Position numbers and translations under genes: made by a program
Assembly: GCA_964016885.1 (NCBI GenBank)
Contig: OZ024743.1
Coordinates: 213,094,001 to 213,158,000 of the forward strand
Origin: Eledone cirrhosa
Taxonomy: Eukaryota
DNA length: 64,000 nucleotides
Direction: 5' to 3'
Shown: in pieces, positions 39,245-51,834 of the stretch
Layout of the letters: every line of letters begins with the position of its first letter
How positions within the stretch are numbered: position 1 is the stretch's first letter
Notes under the pieces: generated by a model
What the model was told of the DNA's origin: nothing
The model's database searches: none
The model's input: the letters and a program-made list of their open reading frames with translations, nothing else

Positions 39245-39295
39245 AGATTCTACAGGACTAGAACTGTTTCATTCTTTAGAAATCATCAGGAATCT
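39245..39295 (-). ncRNA. Type I hammerhead ribozyme (minus copy)
   Basis: Exact reverse complement of 39331-39381. Confidence 0.8.
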
Positions 39296-39330
39296 GGGTA
39301 TTAAAAATTAATAATTATTTTTTGATACCC

Positions 39331-39381
39331 AGATTCCTGATGATTTCTAAAGAATGAAACAGTTCTAGTCCTGTAGAATCT
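39331..39381 (+). ncRNA. Type I hammerhead ribozyme (plus copy)
   Basis: Stem I AGATTC/GAATCT, core CTGATGA, stem II TTC-TAAA-GAA, GAAA, stem III CAG/CTG, cleavage triplet GTA. Confidence 0.8.
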
Positions 39382-39395
39382 CATCTATATTAAAA

Positions 39396-39633
<238 letters not shown>

Positions 39634-40539
39634 TCAACTTTACACGCTTTTACTGACTAGAGCTAGCGAGGGAGTGTGTACGTAATCATTCCATTTGCTA
39701 GCCAAATCACCTTTAAATCACACCCAACTGTCTTTGAAATACGAGAACCAATTGGATATTGTAGTACTGATTGCAATATGTCTACGACGTGTCATGTCTG
39801 TTATGAATTTGATCATAATACGCCTTTTCCATAATCACAATCGACAATTTTTAACAACAATCACAACCAAGTGTGATGGGGAAAAAAATGGAAGAAAATA
39901 ACGAACTCCAACGTGAGGATTATGATGATCACACGACAGAGAAAGAAATAACTATTTAGTATGTAGAAGACATTAAGTAACTAAAAGCAGAAGTTAATGG
40001 CTATATCTCAAGAGGCAATTATAAATTTCAATATTTCAGACTTAGTAATCGATTCTCAAAGTTATAAATTAATAACAGAGTTTATACTAAAATATAAACA
40101 CAGAATCTATAGGATTAGAAAATCCATTAAAATCTACATTCTGTCATGATTTGAATAAAATGAATTAATATATTCTGCAGCAGCTTTTAGCTATTAACAG
40201 AAAAATATAGCAGAGTGAAGAACATACGCTAAAGTTTTTTTCTAATAAATCACGATTTTGTTTTTAAACTTTAATTCTGCGAGTAAAACTCTGTATAATG
40301 GATGGAATTTCTTTGAGAAAATAAAAAAATAAAAGTTGTCATAAAAATACACAATCTCAATAACATGAGAATTGATAAAACAACGAGAAGCAAGTCAGAG
40401 CTCAATGTTCAATGTTCAGAGGTTTCTCACACACACACAGAAATACACAGACACAGTCACACACACACACATGCATACATACACCCCCCATATATATATA
40501 TATATATACACATACGTACATATATACATACATATATAA

Positions 40540-41092
40540 TGGTGGCTGCCAACTCGTTTTCGAGTACGGCCACTACTTTATATCCATGTAGGAGAACCTC
40601 TACCGATACACTGACTTTTTAGTCCAGCCAGCGACTTGAAAACTCTGGTACAAACACTACACTTGTGACAATTATTGACACATAGTGACGACAAGTGCAG
40701 AGAGATCTCCAGATATAAAGCAATGTCTGTGCCGTGAAGCTTTTATAGTGAGCAAAGGCACTGCACAAAGCCAGTCCCACTCTCTTAACCAAGATGATAT
40801 TTACTAAAAAGAAGAACAAGTCAACATCATTGGATATCATCAGGGTTGCAGGTGTTATATCAGAGTTTTCCTTCTCCTAGAATTCTGCCTTGACAAAGGC
40901 TAAGGGGTCATCTCTCCCGGTGATTTTGGATGGCCATTGACTCTTAAGAGCTCCCTTGCTCTTTGACAGGTTTTGGTTTTAGTCCAGCAGGATGTCCAAT
41001 GTCACCCTCCTCACCAAGAAACCTTGGTGGGGTTGCCAGTTTAGTCGCCAACGACCCGACCATGAGACAGGTTGTACTGGGATACATGTTAC
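40540..41092 (-). mobile_element. Non-autonomous RTE-derived element, copy 3 (slightly 5'-truncated)
   Basis: High identity to 19495-20092 with small deletions. Confidence 0.8.
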
Positions 41093-41261
41093 ATATATAA
41101 TACATACATACGTACGTACGTACATACATACATATTTACGTACATACATAGGTACATACATACGTACGTACATAAGTACGTACATACATACATACATACA
41201 TATAGATATATACCGATATGTAGATATATCAATTCCACACACATGTATGTATATATGTATG

Positions 41262-41420
41262 TTCTTCTGGTTTTATAATTTTATAAATTTTTACCAATAG
41301 AGAGAGAGAGAGTCGGTGTCTAGCATAGACACAAGTCGGTTTCTAGCATAAACAACATCAACTATGGATGTTATTGTATGTGTGGATGTGGATGTTTTGA
41401 GTTATATGTTATGTATGTAT
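41262..41420 (-). mobile_element. R4/Dong family A 3' UTR fragment
   Basis: TTCTTCTGGTTTTATAATTTTATAAATTTTTACCAATAGAGAG matches the start of 2075-2480. Confidence 0.75.
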
Positions 41421-41551
41421 GGCAATTCAGAATGGATAACTCACTCCAAACTAACTAAAATATTGCTAACAAATACGTAACGAATGCACGAAAAACACAA
41501 ACACACATACGCACACACACACACACACACACAGACACACACACGCACGCG

Positions 41552-41582
<31 letters not shown>

Positions 41583-41603
41583 GCACCCCGCACGCACACA
41601 CAT

Positions 41604-41641
<38 letters not shown>

Positions 41642-41714
41642 ACATACTCATACAAACGCACATAGATATATATTAAGGCACACACACAAACATCAGTATA
41701 TATATAATATATTG

Positions 41715-43890
41715 ATAAGAAATATTTGAATTCTGCGTAAAATATTTCCACTACCAAATAGGAAAATAGTCAATGCTAATTTCAATATATTGTCAATTAT
41801 TGGACTTTGGGCGATCTATATAGGATGATTTATATAGAATATTCTGATAAACAATATGGTGCATATGTCTGATGTTAAATATATTGACAAGTAAGGAAGA
41901 CGATCGAGTGAGAACTACTCTTCTATAGAAATGCTATAATCTCAAGCTGGGTAAAACGTCAGAGCGTATAAAATAAATCACAGAATTGGAAATCTCTAAG
42001 ATGTCTTAAAATTTCTTCAAATATTTATATCAAATATTCTGACCGTCTCTGATAACATCCAATCTTGGTTAACAGTATACATATGTCTTGCCGTTGCAAA
42101 ATGGAACTAACGGGAAATCTTTAAAATTACGACAAAACATCTCATGACGTCATTCCTAACAATAAGTTATATTATTTTCCAATAACATAGTAGATGGCTT
42201 AGTAGATTGGGTACCTGGCTGCCGGCTGTTGTCCTGTCAAAGGCTCTCTATTATGTTCGCAGTCAGGTCACGTAACATTCAAATGATCCATACAATTGAC
42301 CTATATGACACATATCAGTTCAACTATTGTGTATATAACTTGAAGAAAGATGGGTTCTGATATGTTGATTTTCCCAAGATAAACACCCAATCTTCAATGT
42401 GTTGTATACCCCCCTCCATTCATTTATTGTGAACACAATCTTTTCTCGGGAATATAAATATTGTGAAAGAACTTGATGGAGTTACAAGGATCAGGTTTTG
42501 ATCAATGGAATGACTTAAAAAATGTTTGACTTAAGTTCTAGCTGAGTTGATTATGGTAAAGATTTGATGTTGTTCTCCTTCTTAGCTTACGAAATATCTA
42601 AACGGTTTTCTGTCATAATTGAAGACAACATGCGGTTCTTAGATACATGGCACACTTTCTTAATTATATCAGTTATATCTTAATATAAGAAATTAAAGAA
42701 AACTTGACACATTCTTAACGTTATTGTTTTATCAGTCCACTACTAATATAAATCTAGATTTAATATAATTTAATAATAAATTAAGATATAGAGATGTAGA
42801 CTCCCATAGATTCTCAGGCATATTCCTGACCTCATAAATTTTCTGAGAAAAACAAGGATCTGATGATAATATCGTTATGTGCTTTGGCATAGAAAACATT
42901 TTCATAAGAAACTTCCAGACAAGTGAACTGGTCGAGGTTAGTTTTGCTTTTCTTCCATATGAAGTCGATAAAATAAAGTACCAGTAACGCATTGGGGTTG
43001 ATTTAATGCCCCCCCCCCCCCACGCACACACCTGGAATTGTTGGCCTTGTGCATAAATCAGAAACCATTATAAGATAACTAGATCAAGAGAATGCTTATA
43101 AAGAAGGATTATAACGAAAACAATATTCTTCTTCTTGAACTTCAACTCATTCAGAATTTTCACCAGGTTTACGCTACTTGTGTGTACACCTACGAAGCCC
43201 AGTCTCTCCAGGTGAACAAGGTTCTTTCGCCGGGGATTTCCAGTAGCCCACTTATTTTTGATTGGGCTTATTATCTTCCTTTGCTCTCTTTACTTTATTA
43301 CTGTTATCAATGCTACATCTCTCCATCGACACAAAACGATGGAGCATGACAGCTGTTCAGTCACCCAGACTAGATAAGGAGACCCTCTTCCTTCTCTATA
43401 CTTTAATTCTTCATACCACGGTACTAGTGGTACTGAGGGTATGGTGATTGCGCCTGCCTTTACTTCCGATATGTCTACACTCTGAACTACGACCGATGGT
43501 GCATAGAAATGGCTTGCAGTAAATAGATTTTGTAACCTGCTCAATCATTCTAAATAATCTTTCTTCTAGTAGCATTATGGGACAGAACTCTAATAAAGTC
43601 TTGTAGTCAGCAAATTTTATCAGGATTTGAGTCCATCGGATCACATGCTATTGTGAGCCAAATGTGCAAGGGTGACATTAAACCAAATAGAGAAAATCCA
43701 TGAAACTATTAATAGAGTTTCGAAGTTACTGCCCATAAAAGTGTTATGAATACCATACCTGCTCTATACGCATAGAGGACAGGGTATGACATGAGTACAG
43801 GCTTGACTGTATGGTTCGGATTTTGGTTCCACAATACGACACGTTGGACAAGTGTTCTTTTACATTTTACAATATCCTCGTGTTGACCTA
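41715..43890 (-). pseudogene. Candidate endogenous viral element: degraded Mononegavirales-like L polymerase (interrupted by a SINE at about 42928-43070)
   Basis: Ordered motif remnants in hand translation: WLTIACDPMDSN, YAPSVVVQSVDIS, REGRGSPYLVWVTE, MLHRF, RQPGTQST, FYRRVVLTRSSS. Manual matching only. Confidence 0.5.
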
Positions 43891-43892
43891 AA

Positions 43893-44103
<211 letters not shown>

Positions 44104-44135
44104 TGTTCCATGAATGTATTTTATTTAAGATGCGT

Positions 44136-44207
44136 ATGGAAAAAGATTAGTATTACGTCAATACTCATAAAAAAATGAGTATTGACGTAATACTAATCTT
44201 TTTCCAT
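44136..44207. repeat. Perfect inverted repeat, 33-bp arms, 6-nt loop
   Basis: ATGGAAAAAGATTAGTATTACGTCAATACTCAT-AAAAAA-reverse complement. Confidence 0.95.
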
Positions 44208-44324
44208 GTCTTAGGGGCTTCTAAACCCCACTATCAGGCTAAAATTTATTTAGTAAAAATATATTACGAAAGCTTTTATTTCTATTTTCAAACTCGCTCG
44301 CTGCTTCAAAACAAACTTACTTGT

Positions 44325-44415
<91 letters not shown>

Positions 44416-44416
44416 C

Positions 44417-44529
44417 AGGGAAAAAAATATATGTGAATGAAAAATGGCGTGCTGACTAAGGACTAAGCTGAAACATAGTCTTACTAAAGTAAACTCGTGA
44501 CTCCCCATCTCTCTTAGTATATATATATA

Positions 44530-44609
<80 letters not shown>

Positions 44610-44727
44610 TATATATATATATATATACTAAGAGAGATGGGGAGTCACCAGTTTACTTTAGTAAGACTATGTTTCAGCTTAGTCCTTAGTCAGCACGCCA
44701 TTTTTCATTCACATATATTTTTTCCCT
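44417..44727. repeat. ~104-bp inverted repeat around a (TA)n spacer; partial direct copies at about 45229-45250 and 45330-45385
   Basis: 44417-44520 is the reverse complement of 44625-44727. Confidence 0.9.
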
Positions 44728-45268
44728 TCGCTGTGGTTCGTATTTTTTCTGTCACCTTACTGCTATCCTCTTTCTCTCTCCCCCTTCTCTCTCCTTCACC
44801 TCTTGCTTTCCTCCACTTCCGCTGCTGGTCACTCACTCTCGGCTGGCTCCTTCCTCACACTTTCACTCACTCACTCTCTGCTACTCCTCCTCTCTCACTT
44901 CCTTCCGTCTGACCTCCTCATCTCCCACTTTTCTCGTGGCTCGGATGTGTCTGTTTCTTCTCGTCATTTGATTTGTCGGACTTAAGCCCATAAGATTCAT
45001 TGACTTGTCTCTCTTTTCCTCTCTTTACGTTGTATTACTACCATGTTGTTTGTTTCCTTTCCTCTGTTTTCCTCTGTCCCGATAACTAAATTTAGTTATC
45101 GCTCGCACTGATTTTAGGTATCTAGTCGTTAATGCGAAGAAATACCAATGATAATCAGCAGACTACTGATGACGGACATTCTTGTTTCTCGGTCTATTTT
45201 TATTCATATGTTCATATTCGCAACAACGCAGCACGCCATTTTTCATTCATATATATATATATTTATAT

Positions 45269-45332
<64 letters not shown>

Positions 45333-45413
45333 TAAGAGAGATGGGGAGTCACCATTTTACTTTAGTAAGATGTTTCAGCTTAGTTCTCGATGCATAGGAA
45401 AGTGGAGTATAGG

Positions 45414-45510
<97 letters not shown>

Positions 45511-45514
45511 CTTA

Positions 45515-45860
45515 CTCTCAGGTTTTGAATAATCGTTCCACCACCGCTTATTAATTTTTTCAGAATTTTTCCAATATAGCCCGCTTATTAAATTTGGCTA
45601 ATCTCCAGCGAAATTTTATTTTAAGTGATTCATATTGATACAGCAGCTGGAGAATCTAATAATAATTTTATTTTACATTTAAAAACATTGTATATGACAA
45701 AAAAATGAACATTACAAGAAATCCCATATTTACGAACGTACACTATACAATTACCGATACCCCAACTCCCCCGTTTAACCCCGCTTATAACAATTTAAGC
45801 AAATGTTCAACGTCTAACCCCCCGACTTATTCCCCCCCCCCTATTATTTGGGACCCGAGA

Positions 45861-45861
<1 letters not shown>
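45515..45861. mobile_element. TA-flanked DNA transposon MITE
   Basis: TA|CTCTCAGGTTTTGAATAAT ... ATTATTTGGGACCCGAGAG|TA imperfect TIRs. Confidence 0.55.
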
Positions 45862-45921
<60 letters not shown>

Positions 45922-46439
45922 GATAGTATGAATAGATAGACGTCCATAAACACGTAGGCAATAAAACTTTAGTTGTAATTTTACCGATTTATACACACTG
46001 TCTATTGCCATAGCTTCACTGTCCGGTCTTTGATCACCAGACAATACCATTTTCCTGAACAGGAAAAAAAAAAATGGACCCATTGTGACTGAATTTCAAT
46101 GTAAAACACCAACAGTTGATTGTTGCACGATGTCAACTGAATTACAATGGAAAATTTCTATTCAAGGGAGATGACTTTTACTCTTTGAATTCCGTTAATC
46201 AAGAATTAAAATATTAAATATATATATATACATATATATAAACATTATGACGCACTCCTGATATTTTTCTCCTTTTCCCCCTTATCACGTACAGGCTTCC
46301 TTTTTACTTTTTCAATTGAGAATTGAAAAGTGTTCGCCGTATCCCTAGTAAGTGGTCGGCACTCTAGTTAAGAATGTCTCTTTAAACATTCTTTTTCTGA
46401 CACTACATCACATAACATAACTCACACATCACACGTATG

Positions 46440-46772
46440 TATGGTCCCGTAACTCCTCATAGAGTCGTAAGGGCACTGTATTGACATACGCCGTTTCTTG
46501 GGCATTTTAAGCTTGGCGGAGTCCATCCCTCCTCAGACCTGAGTACAGCAGATTTCTCCCAGAGAAAGATAGAAAGTAAGAGAGGAAATGTGAAAGAGAT
46601 ATAGAGGAAGAATCGACCCAAGTACTAGACTGGTACTTTTTTTTATCGACCTAGAAAGGATGAAAGGCAAAGTTGACTTCGGTGGGATTTGAACTCAGAA
46701 GGCAGAGAGCCAGAAGGAATACCATAAAGCCTTCTATCCGATGCTCTAACGACTCTGTTAATTCGCCGCCTC
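46440..46772 (-). mobile_element. Long-tailed SINE subfamily copy
   Basis: Homologous to 14030-14352 and 52905-53272. Confidence 0.8.
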
Positions 46773-46992
46773 ACACACCACATACGAATCAGCAAATACC
46801 AACCGACGAAATAAGCAATGTTTACATTGCACGTATACACTGTACAACAGGCTAGACAGAAAAACAACTCCAGAAATCACAAAACAAAACCCCATAACTT
46901 TGTAAAAGTGATATAGTGTATTAACATAACGTGCTGCCCATACATCAGTCATATTGAGGTATAATGAGTAGTGCCTTATCAACTCGCATAAA

Positions 46993-47025
<33 letters not shown>

Positions 47026-47062
47026 GCTGCTGCTACTGCTACTACTACTACTATTACTACCA

Positions 47063-47135
<73 letters not shown>

Positions 47136-47499
47136 CAACAGAAGTATAGATATTCGGAAGAGGAAACAGTCGACATTCAGTCATTTTTATTTACCTATTT
47201 TATCTTAAGCAGGAACGAATGGACAGCGCGCATGACCGCTATTAAATCGCCCCCAAGAATGTAGGGGGGATGAGTGAAAGAAACCATAGATATCAACTGA
47301 ATACTTGCCACAGAATAGCGACATATAGGTGGTGACAAACTGGGCAACCTAGTTTCCGCCACAAGCCTTGGACCATCCATTGCTATGGTAAGAGACAGAA
47401 GGATCGAACTTGGAGCCACATGATTGTTAAGCGAAATCTCTAATCTTTATGGCTTTGCATGTTTAACACATACATCGATCAAAGAAGGTTGAAAGAAAA

Positions 47500-47830
47500 C
47501 TCATAGCGGCAACCTGGTGCGTTCAGCTACCAGCCAGCATTCGCTGCCCACCTGGCCAAAGAGGGCAAACTGTCCAAGTATCGGCCATTCTCTGATAGGT
47601 CTGTGGTAGAGTCTGTAGCAGTGGAGACAGCCGGCGTTTTGGCCGTCGGACCACTCACTGGTATCGGAGCGGAGTTGACTGCCCGCAGGTGCGAGCCCCA
47701 CGAGTAGTCGCAGATCCAGCACATCTCTCTCGCCGTCCTCTGAGGCAATGTCTTCTCCGTCATATCGGCCGGGACCATGAGGCGGAGGGTAAGATAGTTG
47801 GACGTAGAGGATACTCGCTCGGACGTCACA
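47500..47830 (+). mobile_element. CRE-like RLE LINE 3' fragment
   Basis: Plus strand translates AAHLAKEGKLSKY...VAVETAGV...QHISLAVL*GNV, resembling the CRE-clade C-terminal pattern A..AE..K..KY / PxAVETxG / QRxSxAxQRGN. Confidence 0.7.
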
Positions 47831-48069
47831 CATATACACGCATAGTCAACCACCTACATAGTATAACACTGCTTGCACTACCTCTGCTTGCTTGGGGTTT
47901 TCTTAACCTAAGTACCAGTTACGTATTATCTGAATATAAAGAATCTTGTCTGACACTCTACTGATCCTGATACAACTCTACCATTAACAGCCTCAAGAGA
48001 TTGAATAACAGAATGTCCAGTTGATTGAACAACTGAATACTCATCGATACTGACAGCGGAGCAATTTTC

Positions 48070-48440
48070 ATAAGGGGTAAGATCCTCACCTAGTTAAGCT
48101 GAGGCTGCAATCAGCTCCCCATTTATAATGGGTAAGGTACCCACCTAGTTAAACTGAGGTTGCGATCAGCTCCCAATTTATAATGGGTAAGATCCCCACC
48201 TAGTTAAACTGAGGTTGCGATAAGATCCTCATTTATAATTGGTAAGGTCCCCCCACCACCTAGTTAAACTGGGGTTGATAAGATCCTCATTTATAATGGG
48301 TAAGGTCCCCACCTAGTTAAACTGGGGTTGCGATAAGATCCTCATTTATGATGGGTAAGGTCCCCACCTAGTTAAACTGGGGTTGCGATAAGATCCCCAT
48401 TTATGATGGGTAAGGTCCTCATCTAGTTAAGCTGAGGCTT
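48070..48440. repeat. 55-bp minisatellite, about 6.5 units
   Basis: GGGTAAG recurs at 48075, 48130 and 48185, continuing to 48408; unit GGGTAAGGTCCCCACCTAGTTAAACTG.GGTTGCGAT.AG.TCC.CATTTATAAT. Confidence 0.93.
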
Positions 48441-48729
48441 ATTCAAATTTCGATATAAGTTGGTTCATTTTACACAATTTTCATCATTTCTCCTGGAAAC
48501 TTATGAATGACTCGGCTTAATGTTTTTACATTTCCTTAAATGAACATCACCTTGGAGATCATTTTAGCAGTGACAACAGAATCATTCCAAAACCATATAT
48601 TATCTTCTAAAAAAAAAAAATTAAAATAAACAAAAATGACTCATTAATTAATGTAGCTCCGGATACACTGTATCCCAGAAAAAGGGTGGATGGTAACTGG
48701 TGGAACATGTTTGATGATAGGCCTGGGGA

Positions 48730-48950
48730 GGGCGGTGGTTTGGTAGTATCGGTAGAGCGTCGGACAATATGCTTTGCGACATAGAGTTACGGCTCTTTAC
48801 GTCCTGAGTACAAATCTCGCCGAGGTTAGCTTTGCCCTTCATCTATATGGGGGCGATAAAATAAAATATCAGTAATGCGTTGGGGTCGATTTGATCGACG
48901 TGCCCCTTCCCCCCAAAAGTTGTTGGCCTTGTGTCAAAATCAGAAACCAT
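48730..48950 (+). mobile_element. Full-length SINE copy
   Basis: Same head, core and tail as 1515-1730. Confidence 0.85.
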
Positions 48951-49419
48951 TATAGGCCTGGCGCTAATTAACAGCAGCAGCAGCAGCAACAACAATAACA
49001 GCCACAACAACAACAGTGTTTCCTCAAACTAACCATTGCGATAGAATGATGTATCAGTTGTTCGATGGATCAATTATTCGATTAACTAAACGTTCGATTC
49101 CTGAATTAAGGTGTAGGTGGCTGAGATTTCCACAGACACGTGTACCTATAACGTAAATATTCACCATGGCACCGTGTTTAACAAAGCCGGACCATCGAAT
49201 TATAGGTACAATCAATGCAACGAGTTTCTACTCAGTTTCCGTCTAACCCAATTTCACACAAGACTTCGGTTGACGAAAGGCTGTGGTAAAGATACTTGCT
49301 CAAGATGCTACGCAATGGCATCGAACACGACACTTTATGACTGCGTGAACATGATATAGATAAAGGTACTGGAGAGCTTAGATCACAAACCAATTGAGAC
49401 TATTTAAACAAGTCACTTA

Positions 49420-51030
49420 AGTACACCTACGAAATAAACTATTTCTATTTTTAAATACTCTTGTAAAATGTGTGGATATCATACACCATTGTATTATACT
49501 TAAAAAACAAACATTATTCGTGACTTCTCGAATTACGAAATCAGTGTTCCTGACAATAAGCTCGTGCATTAGATATATCAACCCGGTTTGATTTGATTTA
49601 TTCATGTTCTGGTCACAGTCTTAATTATATTTGTAGTCGTTTTAAAGGCATCGATTATAGTGCTCAAATCTTTTCAGTGTAAATAACAATTTCTAGCATC
49701 TATTGATTAAAGGGACACAACTCTTTTTATTTGCAGACAAGGGAAATAACCTATTTTTCTGTACGTAAAATGTTTAGCGACTAGGATTTATAGCAGAATA
49801 ATAAGATGTCGATGCATAACAGAGAGAAAACATTAACGAGAAAGCCTCAGCGTAGTAGCTCGACCTTCTAGAATGAGCAATGAAAATCTTTTTCAAATCA
49901 CACCATACTGTCGCATATTTTAACAGGACACATTGAATAATATAACTGGAAATACCTTGCTCATACATTTGCTCAATTATGGTTGACATAGGGTCAACGA
50001 TAAAAAAGAGAGACAAAATATTGTGTCTCAGGAACTGAACCTATCTCTAGGTGCATTAGTCAATGATGAACCAAAATCATAGATGCTCTGAATTGAATGC
50101 AGGGTTTGATTTTGAAGAAAAATCATATGAATGTAAAACATTTTACATTGAGAAGTAACTAGAGATGACCTTGTGATTAAGAAGACCATGTCGCAACTAC
50201 ATAGTTCCGAGTTGCTCCTATTGCGAGACACGACGGCAAGTATGTTCTACCATAGCTGTAAGTCAACTCATAACATGTTATTGAAATATAGTAGATGGAA
50301 ACTGCATGGAAGCTCGTCAGAGGATCAAATACTGCTCGGGGCAGTAGACAATATATTTATCGACTACAACCAGTACTACTTGGTTCTTTGTCTGAGGTTA
50401 GCTTATTTCCTTTCACCCATCAGCCTCGAATGTCATGAAAAATGTAATAGCCCCTCATCTTCATAACTAAATACTCCATAGCAATACATGTTATGAAACT
50501 TTCTCTGAAAATTGTAATTTATATCACAACTATATTCAAGAAGATGAAAAACCATACCGCTGTAGTAAAGTGTTCTCTGAAAGTGGAAATTTATCTCTAC
50601 GTAAACCTATCAACTGTGAAGGCGCGTGGTTTAGTAGCTAGGATTCGCAATCGTGAGGTTTTGGTTTCGATTTCTGGATCAGGCGATACGTTATGTCTTT
50701 GAGCAAGACACTTTATTTCAGGTCGCTCTTTCTGCGAGGAGTTGTGACCAGTTGTGATCAGCAATGGAAACACCAACAATGGAAACATAGTTTCCTAGAT
50801 CTGATTTGAGGAGTTCCACCCTATTTGGTTAGCGATTGGGGTCTGGTATCTTATCGATTGAAACTTATCCACAGCAGAAAGAATCAATAACTTTGTGATA
50901 TTTGTGATAGTTGTTGTGTCAATGGTAGTTGAAACGGTGGGATTCAGTCCCTTTGAGACCATAAGCACTTAAAGGATTATGATGTCTTCCACATATGTAT
51001 TCAAATACACTTAATTTGAATAAAATGGTG
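49420..51030 (-). pseudogene. Second candidate L-polymerase-like endogenous viral fragment (methyltransferase and C-terminal region), interrupted by a SINE head at about 50618-50725
   Basis: Ordered remnants NQIGWNSS, SGMVFHLL..YN, FMTFEAD, YLIL, VFLITRSSL; peptide similarity to the 41715-42200 segment. Confidence 0.42.
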
Positions 51031-51043
51031 CCTGTCTTCCCTT

Positions 51044-51511
51044 ATCTAGGGCGGGTCGAATTCCTGAGATCCATGGACGAGTTCTCTCCAGCAGTCTCTG
51101 TCCCTCATTATCGCTGCCATGTCCTGCGCCTCCAAGATACCAGTGTCTGTCCTTAGGACACCAACATATGTTAACGTCGGTCTTCCTCTTCCCGTGTGTC
51201 CATGCAGGGGCTCCCACAGGAGCACTGAGTGCAGTGTCAACTCTGGATGTAGGTGAGCATGTCCAGCTAACCTTAGTCTCCTTTGTGCCACTCTCGAGCT
51301 GACTTTTGGGAGGCACCGATATAGCTCTGAGTTCTTCATCCTCAGTGTATACTGATTAATGTTCAGAGCACGGGAGATGATGTGGTCGAGAGGAAGAGCA
51401 AAGCCTGGGCGGCGTGCCATAGCTTGAGATCGGTGTGGAAGTCGGACCTTCGTAAAGACCTCAAATTCCATCTCTTCGTTGCTGTAGTGGAGTCTGTGCT
51501 GCTGTACGGGT
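51044..51511 (-). mobile_element. RTE-like LINE 3' end with an inverted 5' segment
   Basis: Minus strand RALNI..NSELY..LPKVS..QRRLRLAGH..LLWEP..GRGRPTLTY..MRDRDCW; plus strand 51373-51511 KSKAWAACHSLRSVWKS..LFVAVVESVLLYG. Confidence 0.85.
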
Positions 51512-51834
51512 CTGACTTCCTTTGATGACCTAAATATGTGCCTATTTTGTTTAATGGTTGATACATGATTACAGCCGGGATGATGGCAGTAGTAGTTGTA
51601 GTTATGACGCTATCTTTATCGTTTTCCTTGTCATTGTCGTTGTTGATATGGTAACTGCACAGAACAACAGAGAAAGGAAATAACAAAAACAAATTATCGA
51701 TTATCCCCCCCCAAAAAAAAAGAAGGCATTCGATTCACTTTTACGACGCTCTTGTTTGGAGAAATCTCACAGCAGCTCATATCGAACACACATGATTAAA
51801 AGCATTCGCCTCATGACATCCTCGTCTTTAGGTA

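Noticed and set aside
41420-41490. Minus-strand LVWSEL resembling TVWCDL in the second L-like segment
   Set aside because: Its order relative to the FYAEF match conflicts between the segments, so it is probably coincidental.
47170-47500. Plus-strand peptide LLSEISNLYGFACLTHTSIKEG, faintly like the N-terminal conserved region of L proteins
   Set aside because: Single weak motif on the opposite strand to the two candidate EVEs; worth including in a profile search but not callable.
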